Shown piece after piece: positions 63,420 to 64,000 of a DNA stretch of 64,000 bases. Origin of the DNA: Candidatus Scatosoma sp. (lineage in GTDB: Bacteria; Bacillota; Clostridia; Christensenellales; Borkfalkiaceae). The first letter of the stretch is position 1. Every line of letters starts with the position of its first letter. The stretch is taken from contig JAZSPG010000070.1 of NCBI GenBank assembly GCA_045537295.1, forward strand, positions 34,955 to 98,954. The letters are read 5' to 3'. The notes beneath the pieces were generated by a model. That model worked only from the letters and a program-made list of their open reading frames with translations, was not told where the DNA came from and did no database searches. Both the position numbers and the translations under genes were made by a program.

Positions 63420-64000
63420 ATGGCAAAAAAGTATTGCTATCTCTTTACCGAAGGTAACGCGAAAATGCGTGAAATTCTCGGTGGTAAAGGCGCAAACCTT
63501 GCGGAAATGACCAACATCGGTCTTCCCGTACCCCAAGGCTTCACCATTTCTACGGAGGCTTGCACGCAGTATTACGAAGACGGCAAACAAATCAATCCCG
63601 ATATTCAAGCGGAAATTATGCAGTATATCGAAAAGATGGAAAACATCTGCGGTATGAAGTTCGGCGACAAGGAAAACCCCTTGCTCGTATCCGTCCGTTC
63701 TGGCGCGCGTGCGTCTATGCCCGGTATGATGGACACCATTTTGAACCTCGGCTTAAACGAAGAGGTTGTAAACACCCTCGCAACCAAGTCGGGCAATCCC
63801 CGTTGGGCTTGGGACTGCTACCGCCGTTTTATCCAGATGTTCTCGGACGTCGTTATGGAGGTTGGTAAGAAATATTTCGAAAAGCTCATTGACGAGATGA
63901 AGGAAAAGAAGGGCGTAACCCAAGACGTCGAGCTTGACGCAGACGACTTGAAAGCGCTTGCAAATCAATTCAAAGCCGAATACAAAAAGCAACTCGGCAA
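63420..64000 (+). CDS. ppdK: Pyruvate, phosphate dikinase; 3-prime partial (runs off window)
   Basis: [52 protein letters not shown]. It is absent from the ORF track because no stop lies inside the window. Confidence 0.9.
   Translation, partial: MAKKYCYLFTEGNAKMREILGGKGANLAEMTNIGLPVPQGFTISTEACTQYYEDGKQINPDIQAEIMQYIEKMENICGMKFGDKENPLLVSVRSGARASMPGMMDTILNLGLNEEVVNTLATKSGNPRWAWDCYRRFIQMFSDVVMEVGKKYFEKLIDEMKEKKGVTQDVELDADDLKALANQFKAEYKKQLG

Overview
This 64 kb window looks like chromosomal core from an endospore-forming Firmicute of the Clostridia type, judged by gene content. It carries spmA/spmB, yqfC/yqfD, veg and a SipL/SpoVID-like LysM protein, and most promoters are TTGACA-N17-TATAAT or TGnTATAAT. 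Coding density is high and mostly on the + strand. Housekeeping blocks are glmM; metG-tatD-rSAM-rsmA; an EF-G paralogue; gyrB-gyrA; serS; ppx; maf-mreB; nifS plus a ferredoxin; ruvCAB-queA; dtxR-like plus feoAB; veg/sipL-like/ispE; an ABC exporter pair; ClC; yqfCD-phoH-pgpH-ybeY-era-yqzL-recO; and the 5-prime end of ppdK. I saw no rRNA, tRNA, CRISPR array, transposase or integrase. Four conserved ORFs are missing from the ORF track and were recovered by eye: three short ones (ferredoxin 34314-34487, FeoB-associated Cys-rich peptide 41777-41947, yqzL 57260-57373) and the ppdK fragment (63420-64000), which lacks a stop inside the window. The parts worth a second look are:
- (1) 59.9-63.1 kb: an operon with the gene order and regulator orientation of B. 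subtilis tapA-sipW-tasA/sinR. Its two secreted substrate proteins share only a W-x-Y-A-D-K N-terminal motif, and its SipW-type peptidase is oversized.
- (2) 45.86-46.69 kb: an AT-rich 0.8 kb cassette (XRE repressor plus 4-TM protein) bracketed by a 34/36-identical direct repeat of a terminator hairpin. Three ATTCAT-N5-ATGAAT operators lie in its divergent promoter region.
- (3) 32.57-33.0 kb: an orphan unit of about 400 nt running from a very strong promoter to an intrinsic terminator. It has GNRA-capped hairpins and one SD-preceded 19-codon ORF.
- (4) 38.36-38.65 kb: two diverged tandem copies of a structured-looking element plus a heptanucleotide repeat array upstream of the dtxR-like/feoAB genes.
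- (5) 34920, 39095 and 39190: a TTAACCAAGGT motif found only at the ruvC and feoA promoters.
- (6) 30.67-30.81 kb: an inverted-repeat domain that would sequester the maf start codon.
- (7) Several apparently leaderless genes.
All functional calls rest on motifs read by eye. No database search was possible.
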